Source of the DNA: Bacteriovoracaceae bacterium
Lineage (GTDB): Bacteria > Bdellovibrionota > Bacteriovoracia > Bacteriovoracales > Bacteriovoracaceae
Assembly (NCBI GenBank): GCA_046328975.1
Contig: JAXLVO010000011.1
Location: forward strand, 6,310-70,309
DNA: 64,000 nucleotides
Direction of reading: 5' to 3'
Position numbers and translations under genes: made by a program. The notes under the pieces are model-generated. The model searched no databases and had not been told where the DNA came from. It was given only the letters and a program-made list of their open reading frames with translations. Positions within the stretch are counted from its first letter, which is position 1. Each line of letters begins with the position of its first letter. Shown here one piece after another: positions 49,993 to 60,913 of the stretch.

Positions 49993-51120
49993 TTATGGAT
50001 TAACTCTGGAGACGAACTTATATACGCCACCTTTCACAGTTTCCAACACCACCGCAGATTTAATTGCGTTTCTATCTTTATTAAGTGTAATCAAACCTGT
50101 GACGCCTGCAAACCCTTTTGTCGCATTAATTGCATTTTTTATGGCAACGGGATCAGATTTACCTGCTCTGGTAATCGCGTCCGCTACAACCATTAGAACA
50201 TCGTAACCTAAAGCTGCCATTGTTCCCGGAGCTTCTCCATACATTTTTTTATACTCTTTTACGAACTCGATTACTTTTGGATCTTGATCATCAGCTGCGT
50301 AATGCGAAGTTATGTAACCACCTTGAATACCTTTATCACCAGCGATCTCAAATAATTTTGGACTCTCCCATCCATCACCACCTAAGAAAGGTGCGGTAAT
50401 TCCCATCTCACGAGCTTGACGTAAAATTAAACCCACTTCTGTGTAGTAACCTGGAACAAAAATAACGTCAGGGTTCGCCCGTTTAACTTTTTTAAGAAGC
50501 GTTCTAAAATCTGAATCTTTTTGTTGATAGGTGAAATCATTATCTTTAACAATAGTACCACCTAGTTCTATGAATTTTTTTCTAAAAACTTTATCTAAGC
50601 CTTTAGCATAATCACTGGAATTATCCACAATAGTTGCTGCCACTTTTTTCTTTAAACCTTCGGCCGCAAATTTTGCTAAAACCACACCTTGAAAATCATC
50701 AGTAAAACAGATTCGAGAAATAAAATCACCAGCCATTGTTACTTTTTCATTAGTAGAAGCCGAACTAATAAGAGGCACTTTACTCTCTTGAGCAATCGGA
50801 GCTGCGGCCAATGTATTACTAGATGCCACTTCTCCCATAATTACCGAAACTTTATCAATGTTGATTAGCTTTCTAACAGCATTAGCTGTATCGACTGGCT
50901 CACCTTTAGTGTCTTCCACAATTAACTTAATTTTTCTTCCACCTAAAAGCCCTTTTTGATTAATTTTTTCTAAGGCCATTTTCATTCCATATACAGTCTC
51001 AATTCCGAAAGTGGCAGTTGATCCACTCATGGCCTGAGCCGCACCTAGAACGATCTCATTAGCAGCAAAAACAGCACTGTTCATCGTTAGAACTAATGCT
51101 AACACTAGCAGTCTCTTCAT
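49993..51120 (-). CDS. Branched-chain amino acid ABC transporter substrate-binding protein (LivJ/K type)
   Basis: 375 aa with a signal peptide and a type-I periplasmic binding fold pattern (IVLGAAQAMSGSTATFG, VSVIMGEVASSNT). Confidence 0.85.
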   Translation of the reverse strand: MKRLLVLALVLTMNSAVFAANEIVLGAAQAMSGSTATFGIETVYGMKMALEKINQKGLLGGRKIKLIVEDTKGEPVDTANAVRKLINIDKVSVIMGEVASSNTLAAAPIAQESKVPLISSASTNEKVTMAGDFISRICFTDDFQGVVLAKFAAEGLKKKVAATIVDNSSDYAKGLDKVFRKKFIELGGTIVKDNDFTYQQKDSDFRTLLKKVKRANPDVIFVPGYYTEVGLILRQAREMGITAPFLGGDGWESPKLFEIAGDKGIQGGYITSHYAADDQDPKVIEFVKEYKKMYGEAPGTMAALGYDVLMVVADAITRAGKSDPVAIKNAINATKGFAGVTGLITLNKDRNAIKSAVVLETVKGGVYKFVSRVNP

Positions 51121-51140
51121 CGATTACTCCTTTAATTTTT

Positions 51141-51695
51141 TTACTTCCATTTAATATTGCAGCCCATACTCGGATATTGCTCTTCCGAAATAGGCTTATT
51201 AGTGACAAGAGATTCTAAAGCGTTTTTTAAGTCCTGACCAGTCACTAAGGAATCTGCGCCAGGACGAGAACTATCAAAGCGTCCACGATAGACCAACTTT
51301 CTTTCAGCATTATAAAGATAGAATTCTGGTGTACAAACAGCATTAAATTTTTTGGCCACACTCTGTTTTTCGTCAAAAAGATAAGGAAACTTATAACCTT
51401 GCTCTTCTGCTACTAATTTCATATTAGCAGGTGAGTCCTCCTCATATTTTTCAACATTGTTAGAATTAATCCCAACAATTGCTATCTCTTTATTAAGGTA
51501 CTCATTAGTAATTTCGACTAATTTATTATTGATATGTTTAACGTAGGGACAGTGGTTACAGATAAACATGATTAACACACCTTTAGCATGAAAAGTGTCG
51601 CCAATCCGAAACATTTCACCATTGACTGTATTAACTAGACTAAAATCGGGCAGTGTTGATCCCAGATCGATCATGGAAGATTTTGTTAATACCAT
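51141..51695 (-). CDS. Thioredoxin-fold protein (AhpC/TSA-redoxin-like) with CxxC
   Basis: FICNHCPYVKH motif. AAGGAG SD lies before the ATG at 51695. The track ORF start at 51749 is less likely. Confidence 0.7.
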   Translation of the reverse strand: MVLTKSSMIDLGSTLPDFSLVNTVNGEMFRIGDTFHAKGVLIMFICNHCPYVKHINNKLVEITNEYLNKEIAIVGINSNNVEKYEEDSPANMKLVAEEQGYKFPYLFDEKQSVAKKFNAVCTPEFYLYNAERKLVYRGRFDSSRPGADSLVTGQDLKNALESLVTNKPISEEQYPSMGCNIKWK

Positions 51696-51815
51696 TTGAC
51701 GCTCCTTGAAATTAAGTAGTCTAACAATATTGCAATAGTCGTAAATCAAGTCAAGTACAAAGGAGAGCTCTTTTTCCTTTCAAAAGCAAATTTTTTACAC
51801 AACAATTAGATATAT

Positions 51816-52959
51816 ATGTTGGTTAAACTTGTCCGCCCTCTATTTACGAAAGGTAATATTTTAAAGTCATACATTATTTTGGCATGGTTTAAAATCTTCA
51901 TCATTTCTACACTTGCTTTGTATATTCTTATTTCCAATGCCAATATTGTTTCTGAACTTTTAAGAGGAATTGCCCCGCTTAATGAAATACTTAAACACCA
52001 TATTTTAGAAACACCCAAATGGTTACAAAGAATTCTTCCTGTGAGCTGCTTAATTGCTTCACTTTTTAGTATCAATCAACTTAAAAACAAAAATGAACTC
52101 ATTTCCATTTTTGCTTCTGGCTTTTCTGGAAGATCATTCTACTTTACCGTAATTCAAATTTCGCTTTTAGTAGGTTTTATTCAATACTATATTGGAGGCT
52201 ATCTAGCACCCTACGCAAGCACCTTAAGACCTAAATGGATCGATCTTAAGAATACCCACTTCACTAATCATACAGGGACAGGAATTAAGTTTAGCTTAAA
52301 TCAAGGAAAGATGTGGTACAAAGGTAAAAACTATTTTTTCTCCTTTTCAAATTATAATCGTAAAGATAAAAAGTTTGATTTTATCTCTCTTAACTATTTT
52401 AATCCTTCGACCTATCATCTGGAAAAATTGGTACATGCTGATTCAGCCAAATTTGAAAGTAGCGATAAGCTCCTTTTTTATAATGTTGAAATTATCGATA
52501 GCTTAAACAATGACCTCTTTCCGCAAAAAATGAAATTTTCCAACATTGAACTACCTATCAATGAAAAGACCCAGGATTTTGAGTACCTTGACAGTGATTT
52601 AGCTAAACTCAATGTTCACCAAGTGTATATCTATATGAAAACCATCAAACGACTTGGCATCAACAATAAAGAATTTGAGGTAATGTATTTTAGTATTTTT
52701 GCCAATAGCCTTAACTGTATTCTCTTTGCTTTAGTGCCAGTCGAAGCCATCTTTTAGTCCAAGCCGAAGAAAAAATTCTCTTGGTAAAAATGTCTTAGTA
52801 GTAATTATTTTTAGTGTCTTTTACTGGGTAGGGAATTCTATTTTTTTAACTTTAGGAAGTAATGGCAAACTCTCTCCATTTATTTCAACCTTTCTCTCTT
52901 CTTTTATCATTTTACTGTTTTTATCGATCAGTCTAATTCGCTATAGGAAACTCACATGA
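51816..52959 (+). pseudogene. LptF/LptG-family LPS export permease, one frameshift at the T4 run 52752-52755
   Basis: YjgP/YjgQ-like N-terminus with TM segments and a periplasmic beta-jellyroll segment. Removing one T fuses ..VPVEAIF to SPSRRKNSLGKNVLVVIIFSVFYWVGNS...RYRKLT. ATGA overlap with the next gene. Confidence 0.7.
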
Positions 52960-54965
52960 AATTCATTTTAATATTCAACAATCGTTTAAAAAATTTTATC
53001 TCAATTCTTATTTTACAATTAATATGGCTCTCTCTTTTTCGTCTCTCCTTTTTTTTATATTTCAAAGAAAATAATTCAAGTAAAGATCTATCGATACTAT
53101 TAAAAGTTTTCTACTTAGGTTTTAAGTTTGATCTTCGTCTAAGTTTAGTTATGCTTGCCCCCCCTTTTTCTAATTTTACTTATCAGTCTCTATAAAAAAA
53201 TTAACTCATTTTTTAAATGGGAAAAGTGGTACCTGCTCGTTCTCCAGTTTTTAATACTTATCCTTTATTATTTTGACTTTGGCACATTCGCTTACTTAAA
53301 ACAGCGTTTAAATAGTTCTATAACTAAATTGCTTAATGAACGCTCCATTGCTTTAGAAATGCTATGGCAATCTTATCCCGTGATACGAATTATCCTACTT
53401 ACTATTTGTTTACTAACTCTTTACAATTTTCTGCTCAAAAAATTATTAAGTCGTGATACTTATGAATTTCAAATAAAAACAGTTTCAAAAAAAATATTAG
53501 TTACCCTTCTTTTAATTTTACTTTTTGCTTCGGGTATATATGGCAAAATAAGCTATTACCCTCTTCGTTGGGTAGATGCCTTTTTTTCGACTAATAATTT
53601 TCTATCACAAATTGCATTAAATCCAGTCCTATACTATTTTGACACTCAAAAATTTGAAAAGAGTATGTTAACTACCAAGCAGAATTAAAACCGCTTTATA
53701 ATGAATTAGTTAAAGTACTCGATTTTGACGAGAGTGAAATTGATCAAGCAAAACTCAACTTTACTAGAAAAAAAGTTCCGGCACCAGCTCAATTTAACAA
53801 ACCTAATATTGTAGTAATTGTATTGGAGTCTTTTGCTGCCTATAAATCATCGCTCTTTAAAAATGAATTAAAAGCCTCTCCTTATTTTGATAAACTGGCC
53901 ACCGAAGGACTCTTTTTTCCTAATTACTATGTTCCATGCCAAGCTACTGCTCGCTCAATGTTTGCTTTAGTCACAGGACTACCAGACCTGACTGTATCAA
54001 ATACTAGTACCCGTAATCCCTTTTTAGTTAACCAACATAGTATCATTAATGAATTTGAAGGCTATGATAAACTCTATTTTTTAGGTGGGAGTGCTAATTG
54101 GGGAAATATTAGAGGGATCTTTGCTCATAATATAGATGGAATCGAAATAATTGAAGAGGGCAGTTTTAAATCTCCTCGTACTGATGTTTGGGGGATCTCT
54201 GATTATCACCTAATGATTGAAGCTAATGACCATTTAAAAAATCGAACAAAACCTTTTTTTGCTATTATTCAAAGTGCTGGTTTTCATCGTCCCTACACAA
54301 TTCCATCGGACGCTGGAAACTTTAAGGTTGAAAAAGTTGACTCCATGGCCACTCTTGAAAAAAATGGTTTTATCTCTGAAGACGAATACAACTCACTTCG
54401 CTTTCAAGACTACTCGTTAGGAAATTTTATTGAAATAGCTAAACGTGAAAAATATTTTGATAATACCATATTTATTATGTATGGCGATCATGGATTACCG
54501 GCCAACCAGGCAGCAAATATAAATGCTGGTACACGCTTTCATAATCTAGAAAATTTTCATGTGCCCTTTTTAATCTATGCACCTAAACTCATACAACCAC
54601 AAATTAATACTAAACCGATGAGTCAGATGGATCTACTTCCAAGTATTGCAAGTTTAATTGGAATTCCTTACAACAATACTACCTTAGGTCGTAATATTTT
54701 TGATGATAAGATAGATCCTAATCGTTATCTTTTTGTTTATTATTGGTATACATTACCACCTGAGTTTGCTGTTTTTAACTCTGAGTTTTATTATAAAGAT
54801 AATCTTCAAAATATTTCTGAACTTTATCGTTACAATGAACCCTCTTTTGATAAAAATATTAAAGCCAGTGAACCGCAAAAAGCTCAAGAGTTACAAAATT
54901 TGGCACGAGGCTATTTCTATGCGGCCAAACATCTTATGATGAACAATAAAAAAATAGTAAAATAG
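52956..54965 (+). pseudogene. LtaS/sulfatase-family membrane phosphotransferase (alkaline-phosphatase superfamily), two compensating homopolymer frameshifts
   Basis: Five N-terminal TM segments, then NIVVIVLESFAAYKS, ATARSMFALVTGLP, GFHRPY and YGDHG. Shifts sit at the C7 run 53158-53164 and the A4 run 53657-53660. ORFs 52956.. and 53823.. share one frame. Confidence 0.75.
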
Positions 54966-54966
54966 T

Positions 54967-55885
54967 ATGTGGATAATTTTTTGTTATACCATTCTTTATG
55001 TCATTATCCATAAAATATATGATAGTGCTCATCTGCTTTATCCTAGACTATTCTTAATTCCCATTTTTTTATTACTCTATATTTTCAAAGGGAAAATTGA
55101 AGAACAACTTAAAAGTCTTTCTAAAAATATTAAGCTCGAACTTTTTCTTAAATATTTATTCTCCATACTTTTTATCGCTCGTATCACACAATTCATTATA
55201 CGACTAGCAAACCAACAACACATTTAGAAGATATTGCTTATCTTTATTATCATAGCATAAATGCTTTTTTCAGTGACCATGTTAACCCCTATACTATTGC
55301 CTTTGATGCTTATCAAGTAACAACTGAAAGTGGATTAGTTAAAATTTTTTCAGGATTAAAATATCCTCCGTTACAACTCTTTATTTATTATCCTTTGTTG
55401 CGCTTTTTGATTTAAAGGTTTTTATGTTGCTCATTTTTTTATTATCTTATTTTTCTTTATTTCATTTTATAAATTTTTAATTAGGGAATCTAAAACTCAT
55501 GCTTATTTAGGAATTCTTTGGTTACTGCTTACTGATTACTTTTACACTCTCGTTCAATAAAGCGGCTAATGATTTTTTACCAACTTTATTAATTCTAATT
55601 TTCTGTATTTCTCTTTTTCATAAAAAAAACTTACCTTTCTAGTCTTTCCCTTGGACTATCTGTTCTTTGCAAACAGTTACCAGGCTTATTTTTCTTTATC
55701 TAATATTTTTACAAAAATATTTCAAAATAGTTGTCTTAGCTACTTTAGTAATTATTGGTATTAGTTTACCTTTTATTTTTTGGGATCAACATGCATACTA
55801 TAGTAATTTAATCGAATTTCCAGCGATTAGACCTAGTAGGCCTCGTCGTTTCTTATCTATTTACCTAAAATGGGTCAGACACTAG
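54967..55885 (+). pseudogene. Fragmented polytopic membrane protein, possibly a GT-C-fold (DUF2029/GT87-like) glycosyltransferase
   Basis: Hydrophobic fragments lie in three frames. Pieces such as YYHSINAFFSDHVNPY...LKYPPLQLFIYYP and LGLSVLCKQLPGLFF resemble GT-C loops. It may extend to about 56025. Confidence 0.3.
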
Positions 55886-56134
55886 TCCAAATAGTTAGTT
55901 TTATTTCTATTTCACTTTTAGGTCTCTCACGAAATTGGAATAAAAAATGGAATGTAAACTTTTCTTGGACTATCCATTTTTTTCATTATTGATCTTTTTA
56001 GTTTTTTCAAAATAGGACCAGCAACTATTTCATTTGGGTAACACAGCACGATTCTATGGATGCTAAGTAGTTCAAAATAGACTTCATTTTTCTCTTCTAC
56101 AAGCCGAAAATTGTATAGGAGATTTTGACTTATA

Positions 56135-59100
56135 ATGAAGATATCCTTATTAAAAATTTTTATTTCTTGCATGATCCTTATTCAATTTGGATGTGTAAGT
56201 ACTAAAGATGCTAAGCCGAAAACGGATAGCCGATATCCCGCGTCTTCTTCTACTCCCACAGCTTCCGCACCATCTTTTACTGCGGTCGCCGACATCTGCT
56301 ACCAGCAGGAGTGTTAATGTAAAATCCAGTGCACTCAAATGTGGAGCAAGTGGTGACAAAGTCCGTTACGCGATTGTTTCTCAAGAGCTCTCATTTGCTA
56401 ATTGTTCTATAACCAGTGACAATACAAAAGTGAGCTGTACTCCAGAGTATAGAATATTACATAGTAGCTGGAGTTCAAAAGTTAAAGTTAAATGTACTGT
56501 TTCAAATAAAGATTCCTATTCTGAATTCAAACTAACTGTGGCGATACAAATAGATCACCGGCGCTTAAAGACATTGATGATGATCAGACGGTCTTTGCCG
56601 AATCGGCTTTTACCGCTATTAATGCTAACGATGATACCGATGATTATGATGCTGATTATGATCCTTTGATTTCTCATGCTCTTTTACAGGTGGAACATTC
56701 ACTACCGCCACTCATTGCGAAGAATTTACCAGGAACAAACTCTTTTAGCGCAACTACAGGAATTCTAAATTGGACACCATCTCTATCAGCCGTTGATAGT
56801 GGTGATGATACAGATTATAGCATCACCATTTCCGCCAGTGATTCACTGGGAGGAACTGATAGCAAAACTTTTACGTTAACGGTTGCAATTGTTGCAGCAC
56901 CAACTTATGGGTCACTCAATCCAGCTAGTCCCAGTAGCACCAGTACTTCACCAGTAATAACGGGGACAGCCTCCAGTGACACATCAACCTGTAACTTTCT
57001 ATTCAGATTCCACTTGTGCTACTAGAATTGGAACTGGTAGTAAATCAGAATTCACTGGCAGTGGAATAACATTAAGTGTTTCCACTAATGCTACAACTTC
57101 AATTTACGCTAAAGCTTACGATGCTTCTCTACACAGTTCGCTTTGTACCAGCTTAACAACTTTCACTCATGATAATACGCCTCAGCTGTTCCGACTTTTA
57201 CATCTACAAATCCAACTTCTCCAAACAACAGTTCAACTTCCCCACTTGTTATTGGATCAAGTGATAGTGATACAGCAACTATCAAACTTTTTTCTAACTC
57301 TTCATGTAGTGTACAAATTGGTTCAGGGACAAAAGCAGATTTTGAAGGAACGGGAATTACAGCGACTGTATCTAGTAATGCGACTACTACTATTTATGCT
57401 CGAGCTTACGATTCATTAAGTAATGCTTCCAACTGTACAAGCTTAGCTAGTTATACTCATGATAATACCGGCCCAACTGCGCCTAGTTTTTCATCAAGCA
57501 ATCCCAGTTCTCCGACCAATAGTTCAACAACTCCACTAATCATTGGAAGTAGTTCCAGTGATACGGCAACCATAAAATTTTATACCGATGCTGCTTGTAG
57601 TTCGAGTGTGATTGGAACTGGAACTAAATCATCGTTTGAAGGATCAGGCATTCAGGCAACTTATTGCCGCTAATGCCACGACAACTATTTATGCGCTTGC
57701 GTATGATTCACTCTCTAATGCTTCAACTTGTACTTCAATGCTGAGCTTTGTTCATGATAGTATGGCACCGACAGTGCCTGCTTTTTCTTCAACTAATCCG
57801 GCATCACCAAGTAGTTCAAGTACCACTCCCGCACTATTATTGGTTCAGCTTCGGCCGACACTGTAACTTTAAATATCTGTCCGATTCTAATTGTTCTACG
57901 CTAATTGGATCTGGCTCTAAAGCCACATTCGAAGCAGCAGGTATTTCACTTTCTGTTCTGACGATACTACACAGCTTCAATTTACGCTAAAGCCTATGAT
58001 AGTTTAAGTAATGCAACGGCATGTACCTCACTCACAACATATACTCATATTAATACCGCTCCGACCGCTCCAACCTTTACTTCGACTAATCCTGTTTCTC
58101 CATCCGGCATCTAATATTACTCCAACCATTATTGGATCTGCTTCGGCTGATACCTCTACGTTAAATATTTACGATGATGCAAGTTGCACCAATTTAATAG
58201 GGAACGGATCTAAAGCAACTTTTAGAAGGTGCCGGCATTAGCGTAACAGTTGCAGCTAATACCACTAGTACTATCTATGCAAAGGCACGACTCTTTAAGT
58301 AATGCTACCTCGTGTACCACACTTACAACCTATAAACATGATAATACCGGCTTCGCTGCTCCAAGTTTTCTTCTAGTAACCCAACCACACCTTCAAGTAG
58401 CTCCAGTACACCACTGATTATTGGAAGTAGTTCCAGTGATACTGCAACTCTAAATTTTTATACCGATGCCGCTTGCAGTTCAAGCGTGATTGATCTGCAC
58501 CGGAACCAAGGCTGAGTTCGAAGGATCAGGTATTCAGGCCACAGTTACCACTAACGCCACAACCACGATTTACGCTAAAGCTTATGATTCACTTTCAAAC
58601 GCTTCTACCTGTACTTCAATGTTAAGTTTTGTTCATGATAGTACCGCACCGACAGTACCTACTTTTTCATCAACTAATCCGGCCTCACCAAGTAGTTCAA
58701 GTACCACTCCCACAATTATTGGGTCAGCTTCAGCCGATACGGTGACATTAAATATCTATTCTAATGCTGGTTGTACCACTCAAGTTGGTACAGGATCAAA
58801 GGCCACTTTTGAAGCTGCCGGAATTTCATTAACTGTTTCGGCCAATAGTACAACCACTCTTTATGCTAAGGCCTACGATTCACTCAGTAATGCTACTGCT
58901 TGTACCAGCATGACATCTTACACTCATGATAACACTATTCCTTCCACTGTAGCTTCTCTCACTGATGGTACTTATTATAGTTCATTTACCTCATCACCAT
59001 CACTTAGTTGGACAGCTAGTTCTGATTCAGGTGCAGGAATTTTACGTTATGAAGTCTCATTGGGTAGTAGTGCTGGAGCTACTGATATTGTTAGTTGGAC

Positions 59101-60178
59101 CAATGTAGGTGTTACTACCAGCTATCAGTTTACAGGTATTACGCCTAACTTAGTTAATGGTAATACCTATTATGCTAATGTACGAGTTATTGATAATGCG
59201 GCCAACACTTCATCGGTAACTAGTTCTGATGGATGGACTGTTGATACCAGTGCTCCAAGCGATATTACTGTAACATTTACGGGTTGTACCACTAACTATT
59301 TAGGCGCAACTTGGACTACTAGTACAGATTCTGAATCTGGAATTAGTAAATATGAGTATGCACTTGGAACTACCAACGGTGGAACTGACGTCATAAGTTG
59401 GACCTCAAATGCAAATTCCACGTCACTCAGTTTAGCGAGCTTAAGTTTAACTGCCGGTAACACTTACTATTTAAGTGCAAGAGCAGTTAACAACGCTAGT
59501 ACAACTTCGAGTACTAATACCCAATCAGCGGTCTGTACCAATTTAACTACCGGACTTACAGCATTCTGGGATATGGATGAAAATAGTGGCGATAGAATTG
59601 ATAGTTTAGGCACTAACGATTTAACTGATAATAATACGGTAGCTGCAACTGGAGGTCGTGTAGACAATAGTGCTGTTTTTGATAGCGCTAATAGTGAATA
59701 TTTAAGTTCAATCACAAACAGTGATCTTGAAACAGGTGATATTGATTTTACTCTCTCTTTCTGGGTCTACTTAACCGATAATAGTGTCTCAACTCCCTTA
59801 ATTAATAAGTGGGGAGGTACAACCGACGAATTTAGTGTTGAGTGGGTTAATAGTGGTGATATACGATTCAAAGTTGGAACTGGAACAGTAAACTATTCAA
59901 CCAGTTTAAATAACAATACATGGTACCATATTGTTGCTTATCATGATGCCACCAATAATCTCATTGGTATTAGTTTAAATGGTGGAACGGCCACCACTGC
60001 AGCTCACGCTACGGGAAACAGTGTTGGTGATAGTAACTTCTATATAGGAAGAGATAGTGGTGGAACAACCTATTTTACAGGAAGAATCGATGCCGTTGGT
60101 TTCTGGAAAAAAGTTTTAACAAGTTATGAAAGAAAAGTACTATACAATTCTGGTAGTGGTCGAGAAAATCCTTTTTAA
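56135..60178 (+). pseudogene. Giant repeat-rich surface lipoprotein (cadherin/He_PIG-like module, 7 Ig-like repeats, 2 FN3-like modules, C-terminal LamG domain); at least 9 frame disruptions, all 5' of 58490
   Basis: Lipobox LIQFGC, then TGILNWTP..YSITISASDSLGG..FTLTV. Repeats of about 97 aa have two conserved Cys. The intact 562-aa 3' ORF contains SWTASSDSGAGILRYEV / TTSTDSESGISKYEY and LamG-like FTLSFWVYL..WYHIVAYHD..GRIDAVGFW. Confidence 0.75.
56890..58935 (+). repeat. Seven tandem coding repeats of about 285-297 bp, with a higher-order duplication of about 878 bp
   Basis: Unit boundaries are marked by CATGATAATAC/CATGATAGTA near 57170, 57458, 57742, 58040, 58336, 58630 and 58925. Units 3-4 resemble units 6-7 more than their neighbours (GGAAGTAGTTCCAGTGATAC at 57545 and 58423). 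Confidence 0.7.
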
Positions 60179-60209
60179 ATATTAAATTTCCCTGTAAAAT
60201 TTTAATTAT

Positions 60210-60911
60210 ATGAAAAAATATTTTTTACTTCTTTTTATTGTATCTTCGGCCTTAGCTACTCCAACATTTAAGGCCGTTAATCATGGAAGTTTTGTAATTG
60301 AAAGTGAAGAAAAGAAAATTTTAGTCGATCCAGTAGGAAGTTATCTAAAATATAAAATTTTTGGAAGACCTGAACTTATTTTAATTACCCATACTCACCC
60401 TGACCATTTAGATGAAGCGCTACTTAAACAATTAAAAGGGCCTAAAACTCATATTATGGGACCTAAATCAGTTATAGAAAAATTGGGATATGGTGAAATT
60501 ATTAATAATGGAGAAACCAAAAAATATCTTAAATTTGAAATCGAAGCAATTCCTGCTTATAACTTAACGGCCGAAAGAAAAAACTTTCATATTAAAGGTG
60601 ATTTTAATGGATACGTAGTAACGGCGGAAAATAGTCGTATCTATATTTCGGGCGATACTGAAGATATTCCCGAAATGAGATCTTTAAAAAATATTGATTT
60701 TGCTTTTGTTTGTATGAATCTCCCCTACACTATGGATATTGAACATGCGGCTAACGCTGTTTTAGATTTTAAACCAGCTGAAGTTTTTCCTTACCATTAT
60801 CGAAATAAAACACCTGAAGGTGTTTCTTATAGTGATCTAACAAAATTTAAAGAGTTAGTTGAGACTAAAAATCCAAAAATAAAAGTAACTCTTTTAAAAT
60901 GGTATGAATAA
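60210..60911 (+). CDS. Secreted MBL-fold metallo-hydrolase
   Basis: 233 aa with a signal peptide and the HxHxDH motif (ITHTHPDHLD). Confidence 0.8.
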   Translation: MKKYFLLLFIVSSALATPTFKAVNHGSFVIESEEKKILVDPVGSYLKYKIFGRPELILITHTHPDHLDEALLKQLKGPKTHIMGPKSVIEKLGYGEIINNGETKKYLKFEIEAIPAYNLTAERKNFHIKGDFNGYVVTAENSRIYISGDTEDIPEMRSLKNIDFAFVCMNLPYTMDIEHAANAVLDFKPAEVFPYHYRNKTPEGVSYSDLTKFKELVETKNPKIKVTLLKWYE

Positions 60912-60913
60912 AT

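Noticed and set aside
55927-56172. 81-aa minus-strand ORF between the GT-C-like fragments and the adhesin gene
   Set aside because: It overlaps the adhesin start and lipobox region, and probably also the 3' tail of the fragmented membrane-protein gene. It has no SD and a low-complexity Ile/Lys/Phe composition.
56890-58935. Tandem repeats as a possible CRISPR or non-coding satellite array
   Set aside because: The period of about 290 bp has no short direct repeats or spacers. The units are translatable Ig-like protein repeats with conserved Cys, so they are clearly coding.
837-59715. About 20 short track ORFs nested in or antisense to long, motif-supported genes (for example 837..1136, 4747..4974, 8725..9253, 9601..10193, 10940..11368, 11645..11848, 19605..19844, 21283..21513, 31787..31984, 34434..34658, 39740..39961, 44249..44542, 46790..46999, 51806..52075, 59467..59715)
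   Set aside because: Each lies entirely within a better-supported CDS on the same or opposite strand. The translations have skewed composition and lack start signals, which is typical of chance ORFs in AT-rich DNA.
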